39,786 nt of DNA from Octopus bimaculoides (taxonomy: Eukaryota): contig NC_068999.1 of assembly GCF_001194135.2 (NCBI RefSeq), positions 44,827,802 to 44,867,587 of the forward strand, in the 5' to 3' direction. The notes below the pieces were generated by a model that had not been told where the DNA came from, did no database searches, and worked only from the letters and a program-made list of their open reading frames with translations. Both the position numbers and the translations under genes were made by a program. Positions 11,054 to 22,541 of this stretch are shown piece after piece (the stretch's first letter is position 1; every line of letters starts with the position of its first letter).

Positions 11054-11537
11054 GTTTTTCTATTTATCTACGTAAAGTGCATTTCCTAACAGTCTATTAT
11101 CTGATCGTCCTCAGGTGATAGATTTTGCTATTTATTTTCGTACCTGTAACATTAAAATAAGGAAATGTGAGAGCTGAAGTCTCCATTTAGAAATAAATAA
11201 CCTGACTTCCCGTAGCAGACATATGAAGCGATCGCCTCCCTGTCAAAGGGTTAGAAATAATAATTTCTTCTTTGTTTTGAATATTGCTTTCATGTGGGAA
11301 CGTTGTGCATGTTATAAAATGATGCACACACACACACACATATATATGTGAGTGTGTATGCGTATGTTCGTTCAGTATGTTATTCAGAATGTTACTTCTG
11401 TGTTCAGTCCCTCTTTTTCTCACATACCCACTCTCTCTCTCTCTCTTATTATTACTCCCACTGCCACCATCAACACTACTACTTTTAGTAAAAATATCAT
11501 CAACTCTCCCTAAATTTCTTTGTCTCTCTTTCTAGTC

Positions 11538-11643
<106 letters not shown>

Positions 11644-11892
11644 TCGCCACCACCCTCACCATCTCTATGCCTACTATTACTCTCACCCCATCATGAGGAA
11701 TAGTAGGAGTGTCATTGAATAGTGAGATGGGGGGGTCTGAGTGTGTCACACTGCCACACAGAAATTAGTTTTCGCATTTATTATATTAGATTATTACTAT
11801 TGATGAGTTGTTTCGATTTTTTAGTATTTCGTCAGAAACGTGTTTTCATGTTTTCATTAATAATAAGGATATTCATTTCATATTTTTGTACT

Positions 11893-12088
11893 AGGGCAGT
11901 AATTTCGGAGTAAGAGACAAGTCGATTACACTAACCCCAGTATTCGACTGGTATTTATTTTATCGACCCTGAAACGATGAAAGGCAAAGTCAACCCCAGC
12001 GGAATTTGACCTTAGAACGTAAAAACGGACGAAATGCTCCTAGGTAATCTGCCCGTCGTGCTAACGATTCTGCCAGCTCGTCACCTTA
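11893..12088 (-). mobile_element. SINE-A monomer (diverged)
   Basis: Ends ...gctaacgattctgccagctcgtcaccttaa, the reverse complement of the family 5' end. Confidence 0.85.
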
Positions 12089-12091
12089 ATT

Positions 12092-12416
12092 CAGTGGTTC
12101 CCAAAGTGGGCGGTATTGCCCCCCAAACACACCTGGGGTCGGTGGAAAGTTCCAAGGGGACGTCAAAGGAAAGTGGTAGCGATAATGGGGTAGCGATTCA
12201 TATAAAAATTGGAGTGATAATGGGATGACGATTCATGTTAAAACAACAAAATAATGGGTTCATTAGTTTAAGTTATATTTGTAAAATACAGTTGCTTTGA
12301 ATTCGCTTCAGAAAGAGGTCTATATTTGTGATAGTTATTTGGGGTGGGGGCGCTAGAAATGTGGCCTGGGTACCGAGGTGGGGGCGCGACAGCCCGAAAA
12401 AGTTTGAGAACCACTA
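12092..12416. mobile_element. Non-autonomous hAT (Charlie-type) MITE, 325 bp
   Basis: TIRs cagtggttcccaaa (12092) and tttgagaaccacta (to 12416) match the CAGTGGTTCTCAAA-type hAT TIR. The 8-bp flanks ccttaatt and ccataaat match 6/8 and have the central TA typical of Charlie target sites. Confidence 0.85.
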
Positions 12417-13021
12417 CCATAAATAATGGAAATATTAACTCTACATTAATAACATATCGAGTACTTTCTGAATTGTTGTTTTCCCCAATAACAATATAAC
12501 GGCACATATGTATGCATGTCTGGGTATTCTGTGTGCGTGTTTATGTGCGTGTTTGTCTGCATGCGTACGTGTTTGTGCGATATCGAATATTTCAAGCTAT
12601 CTGTACATTTATACATTATTACTATCAATTGTTCGTTCATTTCTATTAATGATAAACTTGTAAATCATGCGTCAAACAGAGTTTTATAGTGTTATGTCAT
12701 TAGTAGAGTTGACGTCAGTAGCCAACTGCGATCGAGGCGTCTGCAGTCTGACTATAGATAAAAGTATGGTGTGGCATAAATGAAACATGGTGCTAACCTT
12801 TATATGTCTTGTGTTCGACATATTTCGCTTTTGTTGTCATGTATGGAAATCATATTTCACTGCAACAGACTTTGTATAATAAAGACAACCGTGTGAGCAT
12901 ATACGCACAGTACAAATATTCACACGCACGCATTCTGGCGTGTGTGCGAGTGTGTATATGTGTGTATGTATGTATGTATGTATGTATGTATGTATGTATG
13001 TATGTACTATTATTATTGTCT

Positions 13022-13440
13022 AAGGCGGCGAGCTGGCAGAAACGTTAGTAAGCCGGGCGAAATATCGCTTAGCGGTATTTCGTCTGTCTTACGTTCTGAG
13101 TTCAAATTCCGCCGAGGTCGACTTTGCCGTTTATCTCTTCGGGGTTGATAAATTACGTACCAGTTGCGCACTGGGTCGATATAATCGACTTAATCCCTTT
13201 GTCTGTCCTTGTTTGTCCTCTCTATGTTTAGCCCCTTCTGGGCAATAAAGAAATAAGAAATGTTAGCACGCCGGGCATTATACGTAGCGGTATTTCGTCT
13301 GTTTTTACTACCTTTCATCCTTTTAGAGTTCATAAATTAAGTACTCTTTACGCATTGGGACCGATGTAATCGACTGGTCCTCTCCCCCAAAATTTCAGGT
13401 CTTGTGCCTATAGTTGAAAGGATTATTATTATTATTATTA
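13022..13440 (+). mobile_element. SINE-A dimer (monomer 1 13022-13257, monomer 2 13258-13440)
   Basis: Full head aaggcggcgagctggcagaaacgttag..., spacer ending gggcaataaagaaataa, a second truncated head, then a (ATT)n tail. Confidence 0.9.
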
Positions 13441-13628
13441 TTCAGTAGTCTTATTTTTATAACGAGCTTTCACTGCACTACTGAGCATAGCTTTGTGTGC
13501 CTTACATACATACATATATATATATATAAATATTATATATATATATATATATATATNNNNNNNNNNNNNNNNNNNNNNNNNNNNNNNNNNNNNNNNNNNN
13601 NNNNNNATATATACGACGGTCTTCTTAT

Positions 13629-13920
13629 GAGCTAGCGGAATCGTTAGCACACCGGAGAAAACGCTTAACGGCATTTCGTCCGTCTTTATCTTCTGAGTTC
13701 AAAACTTCACCTAGGTTGACTTTGCATTTATCCTTTCGAGGTCGATAAAATAAGTACCAGTCATACACTAGGGTCGATGTAATTGACTTACCCACTCCAG
13801 CGAAATTGCTGGCCTTAGGCAAAGTCAATCTAGATGAAGTTTTGAACTCAGAACATAAAGACGGACGAAATGCCGTTAAGCGTTTTCTCCGGCGTGCTAA
13901 CGATTCCGCCAGCTCGTTGC
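13629..13920. mobile_element. SINE-A (+) fused to an inverted copy of its own head (-)
   Basis: Arms 13629-13725 and 13819-13915 are reverse complements with 5 mismatches in 97 bp. Confidence 0.9.
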
Positions 13921-14324
13921 CTTAAAAGAAACACATATCAACAGCAATCTTTTCACAATTAATTACACCGTACTAATTACCTAAATTTTAGTATTTCTTA
14001 CGCAGCAGTGCTACAATAAATAGTCAAGAAATCAGCTGACATTATATCTAGACAGAAAATATTAAACTTTAAAGAAAATCAACAAAATAAATGAAAGAAA
14101 ATACTGTAAATAAAGTATAAGTAAAAAAAGAAAAAAGGAGAATATATAGAAAGCAACATGAAAGGCTGAGATGGCGATGAACATCAAATACCACCATTAA
14201 GATGACACGACACTATCATTTAACGATATATTGACAAATTAAAAGGAAACTGTTTACCAACGATTGATGTGTTATATTTGTTAAGAAAAGATGAAGATTA
14301 TCGATGTATCATTTGTTGTTCCTT

Positions 14325-14339
14325 TTACTATTATTATTA

Positions 14340-14397
<58 letters not shown>

Positions 14398-14465
14398 CAT
14401 TATTATTATGGTTGTTGTTGTTGTTGCTGTTCTTTTTATTATTATTACCATTATTATTATTATTC
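14325..14465. repeat. (ATT)n/(GTT)n microsatellite
   Basis: Direct. Confidence 0.95.
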
Positions 14466-14597
14466 AATTTTATCTTTTCCTTCACCGTCTGATTCTTCCA
14501 TTTTCCTATTCTTTTTGAATCTCATGTCGTTTCCTTTGCGTATGCTTGTATATATATATATATATATATATTTATATGTATATATATATATATATAC

Positions 14598-14628
<31 letters not shown>

Positions 14629-15236
14629 CGTTTATATATNNNNNNNNNNNNNNNNNNNNNNNNNNNNNNNNNNNNNNNNNNNNNNNNNNNNNNNNNNNNN
14701 NNNNNNNNNNNNNNNNNNNNNNNNNNNNNNNNNNNNNNNNNNNNNNNNNNNNNNNNNNNNNNNNNNNNNNNNNNNNNNNNNNNNNNNNNNNNNNNNNNNN
14801 NNNNNNNNNNNNNNNNNNNNNNNNNNNNNNNNNNNNNNNNNNNNNNNNNNNNNNNNNNNNNNNNNNNNNNNNNNNNNNNNNNNNNNNNNNNNNNNNNNNN
14901 NNNNNNNNNNNNNNNNNNNNNNNNNNNNNNNNNNNNNNNNNNNNNNNNNNNNNNNNNNNNNNNNNNNNNNNNNNNNNNNNNNNNNNNNNNNNNNNNNNNN
15001 NNNNNNNNNNNNNNNNNNNNNNNNNNNNNNNNNNNNNNNNNNNNNNNNNNNNNNNNNNNNNNNNNNNNNNNNNNNNNNNNNNNNNNNNNNNNNNNNNNNN
15101 NNNNNNNNNNNNNNNNNNNNNNNNNNNNNNNNNNNNNNNNNNNNNNNNNNNNNNNNNNNNNNNNNNNNNNNNNNNNNNNNNNNNNNNNNNNNNNNNNNNN
15201 NNNNNNNNNNNNNNNNNNNNNNNNNNNNNNNNNNNN

Positions 15237-15291
<55 letters not shown>

Positions 15292-16157
15292 ACAAACACG
15301 CACACACATGCATACTTCCGAACTGACAGCCATGATGTCACTGACTCATAGATTTGCAAGCAACGAGCAAAAGTTAAGACAAGTTACGTAACTCAACTCT
15401 GCTCAAACAAATGCAATTAAAATGCAGCAATGCCAATTAAATGACTAATTACAGAATTTCAACCAATATGCAAATGTGCTAATTTCAGATTGCACCACAC
15501 AGAGCTTAGACTATTAAATTAAACATTATTCATATGTACAGAGATATGGTGGGTCGAGATCTCAGACATACATACACGCGCTCGCATATATGTACGTATA
15601 TAAAATCGCATGGGAGAAAGCAAGTGGTAGAAGAGTATTCGGTGCTGGAAGCAGAATTGTTTTAATATATTGAATGGATGTTGTATGTTCATAAATTGTT
15701 ATACTGAGTTTCGTGTTTCCGACCTCTCGAACGACTGTGGTTAACAAAACTAGAAAACTTTGACACAACACTATACAATACAATACTGTTCGAGTAGTTA
15801 CCACTGACAATGCATACGAAATAGGTGAAACTAGTCTAGGCTAAACGAGTTTCGCTTATTTCGAAAGCATCATTAGTAGTGACTTCTCAAACGGTCGATG
15901 GAAAAGAAGAAAATTAATCGAAAGAAAGATAACAGTGTAATACCATATCAGAATGTAATAAAAAAGACTTAAATTGAATAATCTTTAGAATATTAAAGAA
16001 ACATTTCTAAGAAATCAATTCCACAAAACCATCATTAACATTGACATATATTTCTTTGGAGACGACGGCAATATGGCTTCGAGCTGTGGTGCAATATGAG
16101 GGGATGGTATGAAATACATTGACAAATTATGGAGTCAATGTAAATATGTGTAACGTG

Positions 16158-16475
16158 TGAAGGTGCACGGTTTAGGGTTTCGAGCATTCGGCTCCCGATC
16201 GTAAGGTCGTTAGTTGGATACCCTGCAGGGCGTTGTCTCCTTTATTTCACGTTGCTGCAGTCCACTCAGCTAGCAAAAAAATCAGTTGTATCTGTAATTC
16301 AAAAGGGCCAGTCATATTCACATTCTGTGTCACGCTGAATCTCCCTGACAACTATTTTAAGGGTATGCATGTCTATGGAATGCTCAGCCACTTGAACGTG
16401 AATTCCAGAAGCAGGCTGTTCTGTTTTTTGGATCAATTGGAATATTCGTTGTCGTAACCGACGGAGAACCAGTTA
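16158..16475 (+). mobile_element. CORE-head SINE with SINE-C-type tail
   Basis: Head tgtgaaggtgcacgg..., CORE-like cacgttgctgcagtccactcagc, and tail ctgtaattcaaaagggccag...gctgaatctccctg...gctcagccacttg...gtcgtaaccgacggag homologous to 30110-30290. Confidence 0.8.
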
Positions 16476-16899
16476 TAGTCAACGTAGCATGTTTAAGAAA
16501 GTCCTTACAATATCAATAGAATACAAGTCAACAAACCAATTTCATATGAATAAAGGTTTTTTTGCTGACTATATAAGACCGCAACTAATTACTGTAAGGT
16601 ATTTTTGATAATTTAGGATATTGTTCATCTGCAATTTTCTACGAATTCAACAGTAATTCTCTGAAGGAAGTTTATACGAGTTTTTATTGATATGTTTATT
16701 TCTTGTTTTTTTTTTTTTTGCTTTTCATTCAATGTTTTTCTTCGTTCATTGATATAATGTTTCCCTATGTGTAATATCATAAAATTCGCAGCACTTCTAA
16801 CAAGAAACTGCCTTTGATCATGTCTACCGGGTTAAAGCTGACTTGAGGCTATATTCCCTGATTAACGACATAACAAAAAAAAACATCTCAGAAGGTAAT

Positions 16900-17500
16900 A
16901 TAAAAAGAAAAACACCCCTAATTACACATCGGAAATAGCCAACCTTACAAAAACCAGTTACACCATGCACAACCACACACACACACATATAATACCGGCG
17001 CCATATACCAAAGATATAAAAATCAGGATCAAACATGGAAATAATGAAAATAATCCAAATAAAATGTAAGAAAATAATAAACATTTGACCCAACATAAAC
17101 CACGAAATAAATAGTAAAACACTCTGCAGAGTAATTAGCAACAACACCAAAAACGGTCATTCCAGAACCCATGTTACAGTAGCAACAGCATGTACACACA
17201 CATACACACACACACTCTTACAGTACAGCAGCCAGTCTCATCAGAGTTTTCTCTAAAATAAACCGCCAAATGCCTCATAGAGAAGCTACGTACACGAAAC
17301 AAAAAACGAAAAAACATGCAGTCCACGTCGGCCATGATTTTGATGATGTTTTTTGTAATACACATCTCAAAGATAATCGTGAAACCTAAAATAAAATCAA
17401 AAGCCTCGGGATCGGCAAAACTCGAAATCAGATGCCGAAAACCCCAAGAACCGGAATAAATTACTGTCTTCATAGAAAACTCCAGAATACAAGAATCCAC
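16900..17500 (+). mobile_element. Possible highly decayed LINE apurinic-endonuclease region
   Basis: A-rich strand with weak motif echoes in order: KIINI*PN (NIYAPN-like, about 17070-17095), VGHDFD (GDFN-like, about 17325-17345), RKPQEPE...NSRIQ (about 17435-17490). Many stops and frameshifts; inference only. Confidence 0.25.
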
Positions 17501-18019
17501 AGAGAGAGAACACTAAGTGGTGGAACGAACTACTAGAAATAACAGTGAAATTTTCCTAAATCACATTCAGTCTTCAACAAAGCAAGACACATTGGATAAT
17601 GTAGCTCTAGGTATACCTGAAAAAAAAAACAAAAGCATGATCACAGCTAGAATGTATTTCGTAATTTAGTGGCTAGTCAAGCAATGAATTCGTGGATAGT
17701 TAATGGGTTGGATGTGGTACTGATGAAGGGGCAATGATTCTTGAAATTTTCATATACACCCATTACCTATTTGAATGTATTGTTTACGTTGATGTATTCG
17801 TATACGATATGTCGTCACTTTCAATTCTGGCTCTAAATTGTATAGACAATTTGTAGAGATAACTTAAAGTGATTGAATCGCACTGCTAACACAGGTATGA
17901 CACAGTATCAACGTATAAACTTTTTAATATAGTTGGAAGTATAATATGGTTACAAAAAATACGATGTCCCCCACCTGCAATTAATAACTTCGTAGCTATT
18001 ACCTCCTGACAATCACAAG

Positions 18020-18177
18020 TCCCTTAACCCCTTGGGGATCGTTGGGGCGCTGCAGCCACGCAGCGTATCTAGGGCGAAAAAGCCCTTCGGAGCCCATCCC
18101 TATCCAACCTAAACTCATTTCTACAGCTGAGTGAACTGGAGAAACGTGAAGTGAAGCGTTTTACACGACGCATACCT
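18020..18177 (-). mobile_element. CORE-type SINE fragment
   Basis: Reverse complement contains cacgtttctccagttcactcagctgtagaaatgagt, the CORE-like box also seen at 16245-16275 and 33465-33500. Confidence 0.65.
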
Positions 18178-18330
18178 AAGGTATGAGAACCCAGGTTTGA
18201 AATTTCCCCAAGACACCTGATGAAGGCTGGAGGGTATATCAGCCGAAACGCTGTGTTAACAACAAACAAGACGCAGACAAATTTCCTTCAAATAATCTAC
18301 ATAATTCTTCATCTCTTAAATATAGAACTG
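18178..18330 (+). mobile_element. Penelope-like element terminal fragment carrying a hammerhead motif
   Basis: Contains ctgatga-stem-gaaac, the hallmark of PLE-associated minimal hammerheads. No RT or GIY-YIG ORF is present, so the PLE assignment and boundaries are inference. Confidence 0.5.
18211..18257 (+). ncRNA. Minimal type-I hammerhead ribozyme motif, probably inactivated in this copy
   Basis: Stem I GACAC(18212-16)/GUGUU(18253-57); core CUGAUGA 18217-23 plus an extra A; stem II GGCUG(18225-29)/CAGCC(18240-44); GAAA 18245-48; then CGCU where CGUH is expected, so U16.1 is replaced by C at 18251. Confidence 0.65.
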
Positions 18331-19474
18331 TGTTATCGTATACTTCATTCTCTGTAGCCATGAACAGCATGAACCTCAAGGGCATCCATTTGCCTTTCAT
18401 CACCGTCCTTGTGTCTGATCTTATAAATACCAGTCATATATCGATATTGGTTCAAATGACTACGCCCTCTCGTCTTTGTGTGTCAACACAAAATAAAATC
18501 TCGATTGTTTTTGTTTCCTGAATCGACTTCTATTATTTGTTTAAAGATATTTTTATTATTTTATTTCTAACATAACATAAATCAATCGGATACATAAATA
18601 TATATACATACATATACATAAATATACAAGCATATATACATATGCACACACATATACGCATACATACATATACACACACACGTACATGCACTGATATATA
18701 TGTACATATATATACATATACACACACAAAGAGATGGTGTGAGAGAAAGAGGAGGAGCAAGTAGCAACAGCAGACAGCAGTTTATCCTCACGACCTTCCA
18801 TAGATTGAGTCACGTAGACGAGAGAATTTGTAAGAGAATTGATTTGTGAAAGAAGATGAAGAAGAACCAGACGAAAACACATTTCTACATTGTTTGTTTT
18901 CAATTTACTGCTAGAAATCAATGGAAATTATATTAGCAAGGCGGATCTGCCAAGTTATAGCGAAACGAGCCCTTCACTAGCGCTACAATTAATAGCAAAT
19001 TCTCAAAGTGTCATTCACTCGGACAGACAACGGCAAATCAGAGCAGATAGTTATTTTTCCTCACTCATTTTTTTTACTTCTTTATACCGTTTGTTTTAGT
19101 TTATTTTTGCCTCTTCGATACTGTTGCCATCTTGCTCTTCATGACTTATTTTCTCTTTTATCATCCTTTAGCAGATGTTTGCCTTAAGAAGAAGCATTTT
19201 TATTCCATCCTTTTTGTCTTTCGTTATTATCTTTTATCTTTTATATTTTATTTTTATTTACTTTTATTTTTATTTATTTTTTGCTAATTCCGTTAAATAC
19301 AAAATAAAAACAATAAAAAAGAGCAAGTAATATTTACGATTATTCAGTTTTGACGTATTTTTTAAAGTAAATCCTATTTTTTCCGAACCGCAATCCAAGG
19401 AAATTTCTTTGTGTTTTGTTTTTTTATTCTTATTCTTTATTTTCTCACCGTTTTGATATTTGTATTTATTTAAT

Positions 19475-19585
19475 AGGCGCATGTGTGGCTTCGTGGTAAG
19501 TAGTTTGCTTCCCAATCACATTATTCCGGGTTCAGTCCCACTGCCTGATACCTTGGGCAAGTGTCTTCTACTATGGTCTTCTACT
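19475..19585 (+). mobile_element. SINE-B 5' head
   Basis: aggcgcatgtgtggc...gggttcagtcccactg...accttgggcaagtgtcttctactat (tRNA-like part plus CORE-like accttgggcaag). Confidence 0.85.
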
Positions 19586-20006
19586 ATATACCTGCGATGC
19601 CTAGAAGTGCAAGGCACTGTATGGCATTCCTATTTGTAAGTTCTGAGGTGTTGATTATGCATTTGCTTGTACGTGTGTTTTTTTTTTTTACCATTCTTAA
19701 TGCACCTATTGCTACAGTGACTATTTCTGTTTTCAGGTACCACATTTATATCCAAGTTAATGTTATTTCCACGCCTTTATTATGTAGATAAATTCTCCGT
19801 CACTTCTAGAGATATACTAACTGTTAGTGGGAATATGTCAAGTAGGAACCCTTTTTCCCCTGTTGGTCCTTAGCAACAATGTCGGGTCAATTACCCTTGA
19901 TCAACCCATCTGTGTGTATTGGCGTTCCCCAGAGTATTATTGCTTCATTTTACAGCCAATACATTTCGGTTAAAAAACATAAATGTATTTGCTGTTTAGC
20001 TAAATA

Positions 20007-20352
20007 GATCTTTCATCGATTTCGACGACGACTATCTAGTTGTTCGCTTAAGTGAATGATCTACTCTTAGAATTGTTGTCTAAAATGGCTGAGTATCTCA
20101 CAGAAGCGTATATCCTGTAGAAACATTTAGCATGCCAGAGTTTTGTGACAAGGTTGGATATTTGAATTACAGGTAAAAATCCACCTACAGGCTTTCATAC
20201 AATTTCCGTTTGTCTAATTTTTCTCACAAGGTTTAGGTCTACCTGTAACTATGGTAGAAGACACTTGATCACTATATCATGCTGTATGATCGAACCAGGG
20301 ACTCTGTGATTGCTAAGCGAATTTCTTAACCATTCGGCCTTACTGCGCCTAT
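20007..20352 (-). mobile_element. Old chimeric SINE: SINE-B-type head with SINE-C-type tail
   Basis: Reverse complement: ataggcgcagt...caagtgtcttctaccatag...ccttgtgag...acggaaattg (B head), then cctgtaattcaaa...ccttgtcac...actcagccatt...gtcgtcgtcgaaatcgatg (C tail). Confidence 0.65.
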
Positions 20353-21433
20353 GGTTAGTCATATAAACTATATAAAATATTCATTACATGGAACAGCTAT
20401 TAAATACAGGTGTTGGGTTTATTTAAGATTTTAATCTGTTGATGAGAAGACTGAGTGAGAATTAAGTGGCCTCTGAGCCCTGGGGAATTATTGATACTCA
20501 GATATGTTCAAGGTTTAGTGAGGTTCCCTGTTTTATTTCTATCACCTTTTTCTGCCCAATGGCAGGGGATAACCACCCCGCCCGCCAACGATAAGATAGC
20601 TTCTTATAAAAATAGAAACAGATAATGTTATGTTAGATTCAGGGCATGAACTCTCGTAAGACTATCTTAGTGTGAAAAGAGCCACTTACACCTCTACTTT
20701 ATGCTAGTCTCGTAAAAAAAATATACATGTAAGACGTTGTAACTGACATTTTTAATATTTCTATAAGTATAAGTTATTTTGAAAAGAAAGCGTGACAAAA
20801 GAAGGAAAATAGAGTGGGGTGAGGTTGTGGGTTAAAAAATAAAGAATAAATATTGAAAAAAATCAACAGAACAAAATGGCTAATGTAAAGATCTGACGAT
20901 ATCACTTGCCGTATAAGTAATAACAGCCATTTGTTATTTTTGCATTACACCCAAGATGGTTGCCAGTAAATCAATTCGCAGAAAATTTTTCAGTCTCCCG
21001 TGACGAAGTTTAATGTTTTCTCAGAAATGGCTAGGTGTGAGTTAAGGCACTTTAAGCAACCATTGGGATTTAAAGTAGAACCACTGACACCTTGTTCGAG
21101 AACCTGCGTTAAAAAAACTGTTAATTCAAACAAGCCTTCCTGCTGTAAACTGTCGCCATTTGTCAACGATTGTATTGTCTTAGAATATTAAACTACATTG
21201 ACTCGCCGCAGGGAACCAAACTATATTTACTAAAAACGAAAAAAGAAATCAGTTTCTATAGAAAATAACCTCTTGTGAATTGTTCTCTTTCGTGTTTTAT
21301 GACTTATTATTTCGTAAGATTTTCTGTTTTTATCCCTCATTTTAATTGTTCTTCCAAAATAGATACTTCCTTAGTATGGCTTCGTAGTTTCTTTCTTCTT
21401 TCAGATTTTCTACGGAAGTTTCCATTTGGTTTA

Positions 21434-21574
21434 GAAGCTCGCTTTGTAACCGCGTGCATTTGGGTTCAGTTCCACTGTATGGCACCTTCTACAGGTGTCT
21501 TCTGTTACTGCCACTTGACCCTCCCCCAAAGTCCTGTGAGTGAATTTGGTAGACGGAAACTGAGTGGAAGCACG

Positions 21575-21623
<49 letters not shown>
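21434..21623 (+). mobile_element. SINE-B 5' half running into (GT)n and a gap
   Basis: gggttcagttccactgtatggcacc...gtgagtgaatttggtagacggaaactgag...cgtcgt(gt)n. Confidence 0.85.
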
Positions 21624-21740
21624 NNNNNNNNNNNNNNNNNNNNNNNNNNNNNNNNNNNNNNNNNNNNNNNNNNNNNNNNNNNNNNNNNNNNNNNNNNNNN
21701 NNNNNNNNNNNNNNNNNNNNNNNNNNNNNNNNNNNNNNNN

Positions 21741-22040
21741 GAAGAAGAAGAAGAAGAAGAAGAAGAAGAAGAAGAAGAAGAAGAAGAAGAAGAAGAAGAA
21801 GATGAAGAAGAAGAAGAAGAAGAAGAAGAAGAAGAAGAAGAAGAAGAAGAACAACAACAACAACAACAAGAAAAAGAAGAGGGGGAGGAGGGAGGAAGAA
21901 GAAGAGGAAGGGGAGGAGGAAAGAGAAGAAGAAAAAGAAGAGAAGAGGAAGAGGTCGACGATGATGATAATGATGATTATAATGATGATGGTGATGCTGA
22001 CAACTTCGACGATGACAACGACCACGATAATGATGATGAC
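21741..22040. repeat. (GAA)n/(CAA)n/(GAT)n compound triplet tract
   Basis: Direct; source of the poly-E, poly-K and poly-R ORFs. Confidence 0.95.
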
Positions 22041-22504
22041 ATATCTCCTTCGTTGATACGACGCCATATTCTAATACTTTTAAGAGAGATCCTTAGCGAA
22101 ACAGAAGCTTCACAACGTGCACCAAACACGATTCCTAAGGGATTAGCCGAGAGATCACTTGTTACTAAACAACATAAATAGGAAAAGCCATTAGGATTCT
22201 GGTGCTAGCATCCTAAGATCAGGAAAATGGCAACATTCCGCCATGAAGTACATATACGCAAATGTTCTGAAGATTTGAAAATATTCTTCCATTTTGGAAA
22301 AAGATTAATGGACGGGTTACATAGATGAGTATTTATAAGGGAAAAGCCCAAACCCCTGTGGAATGGTTCTTCTTTCATATATCCTCATCTAAACATGCGT
22401 GTGTGTGTGAGTGTTTGTGTGTATGTGCGAGTGTATATGTATATGTGAGGAAATATGATTTTGTTTAGGATATACTCATGTATGCATATGCGTATATATA
22501 TATA

Positions 22505-22541
<37 letters not shown>

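Noticed and set aside
11143-11250. Minus-strand acceptor-like sites (ctaaccctttgacag; ttaatgttacag)
   Set aside because: Downstream frames are short or stop quickly and no strong paired donor was found.
12710-12717. Perfect CRE site TGACGTCA
   Set aside because: A single 8-mer in 40 kb is expected by chance.
17714-17760. Second hammerhead-like string ctgatgaagggg...gaaatttt
   Set aside because: Stem II is mostly G-U pairs and stem I has no good partner; likely chance or too decayed to support.
21564-22181. Long acidic (poly-E/D) ORF resembling a chaperone tail
   Set aside because: It spans a gap and consists of (GT)n, (GAA)n and (GAT)n repeats; all three frames are open for the same reason.
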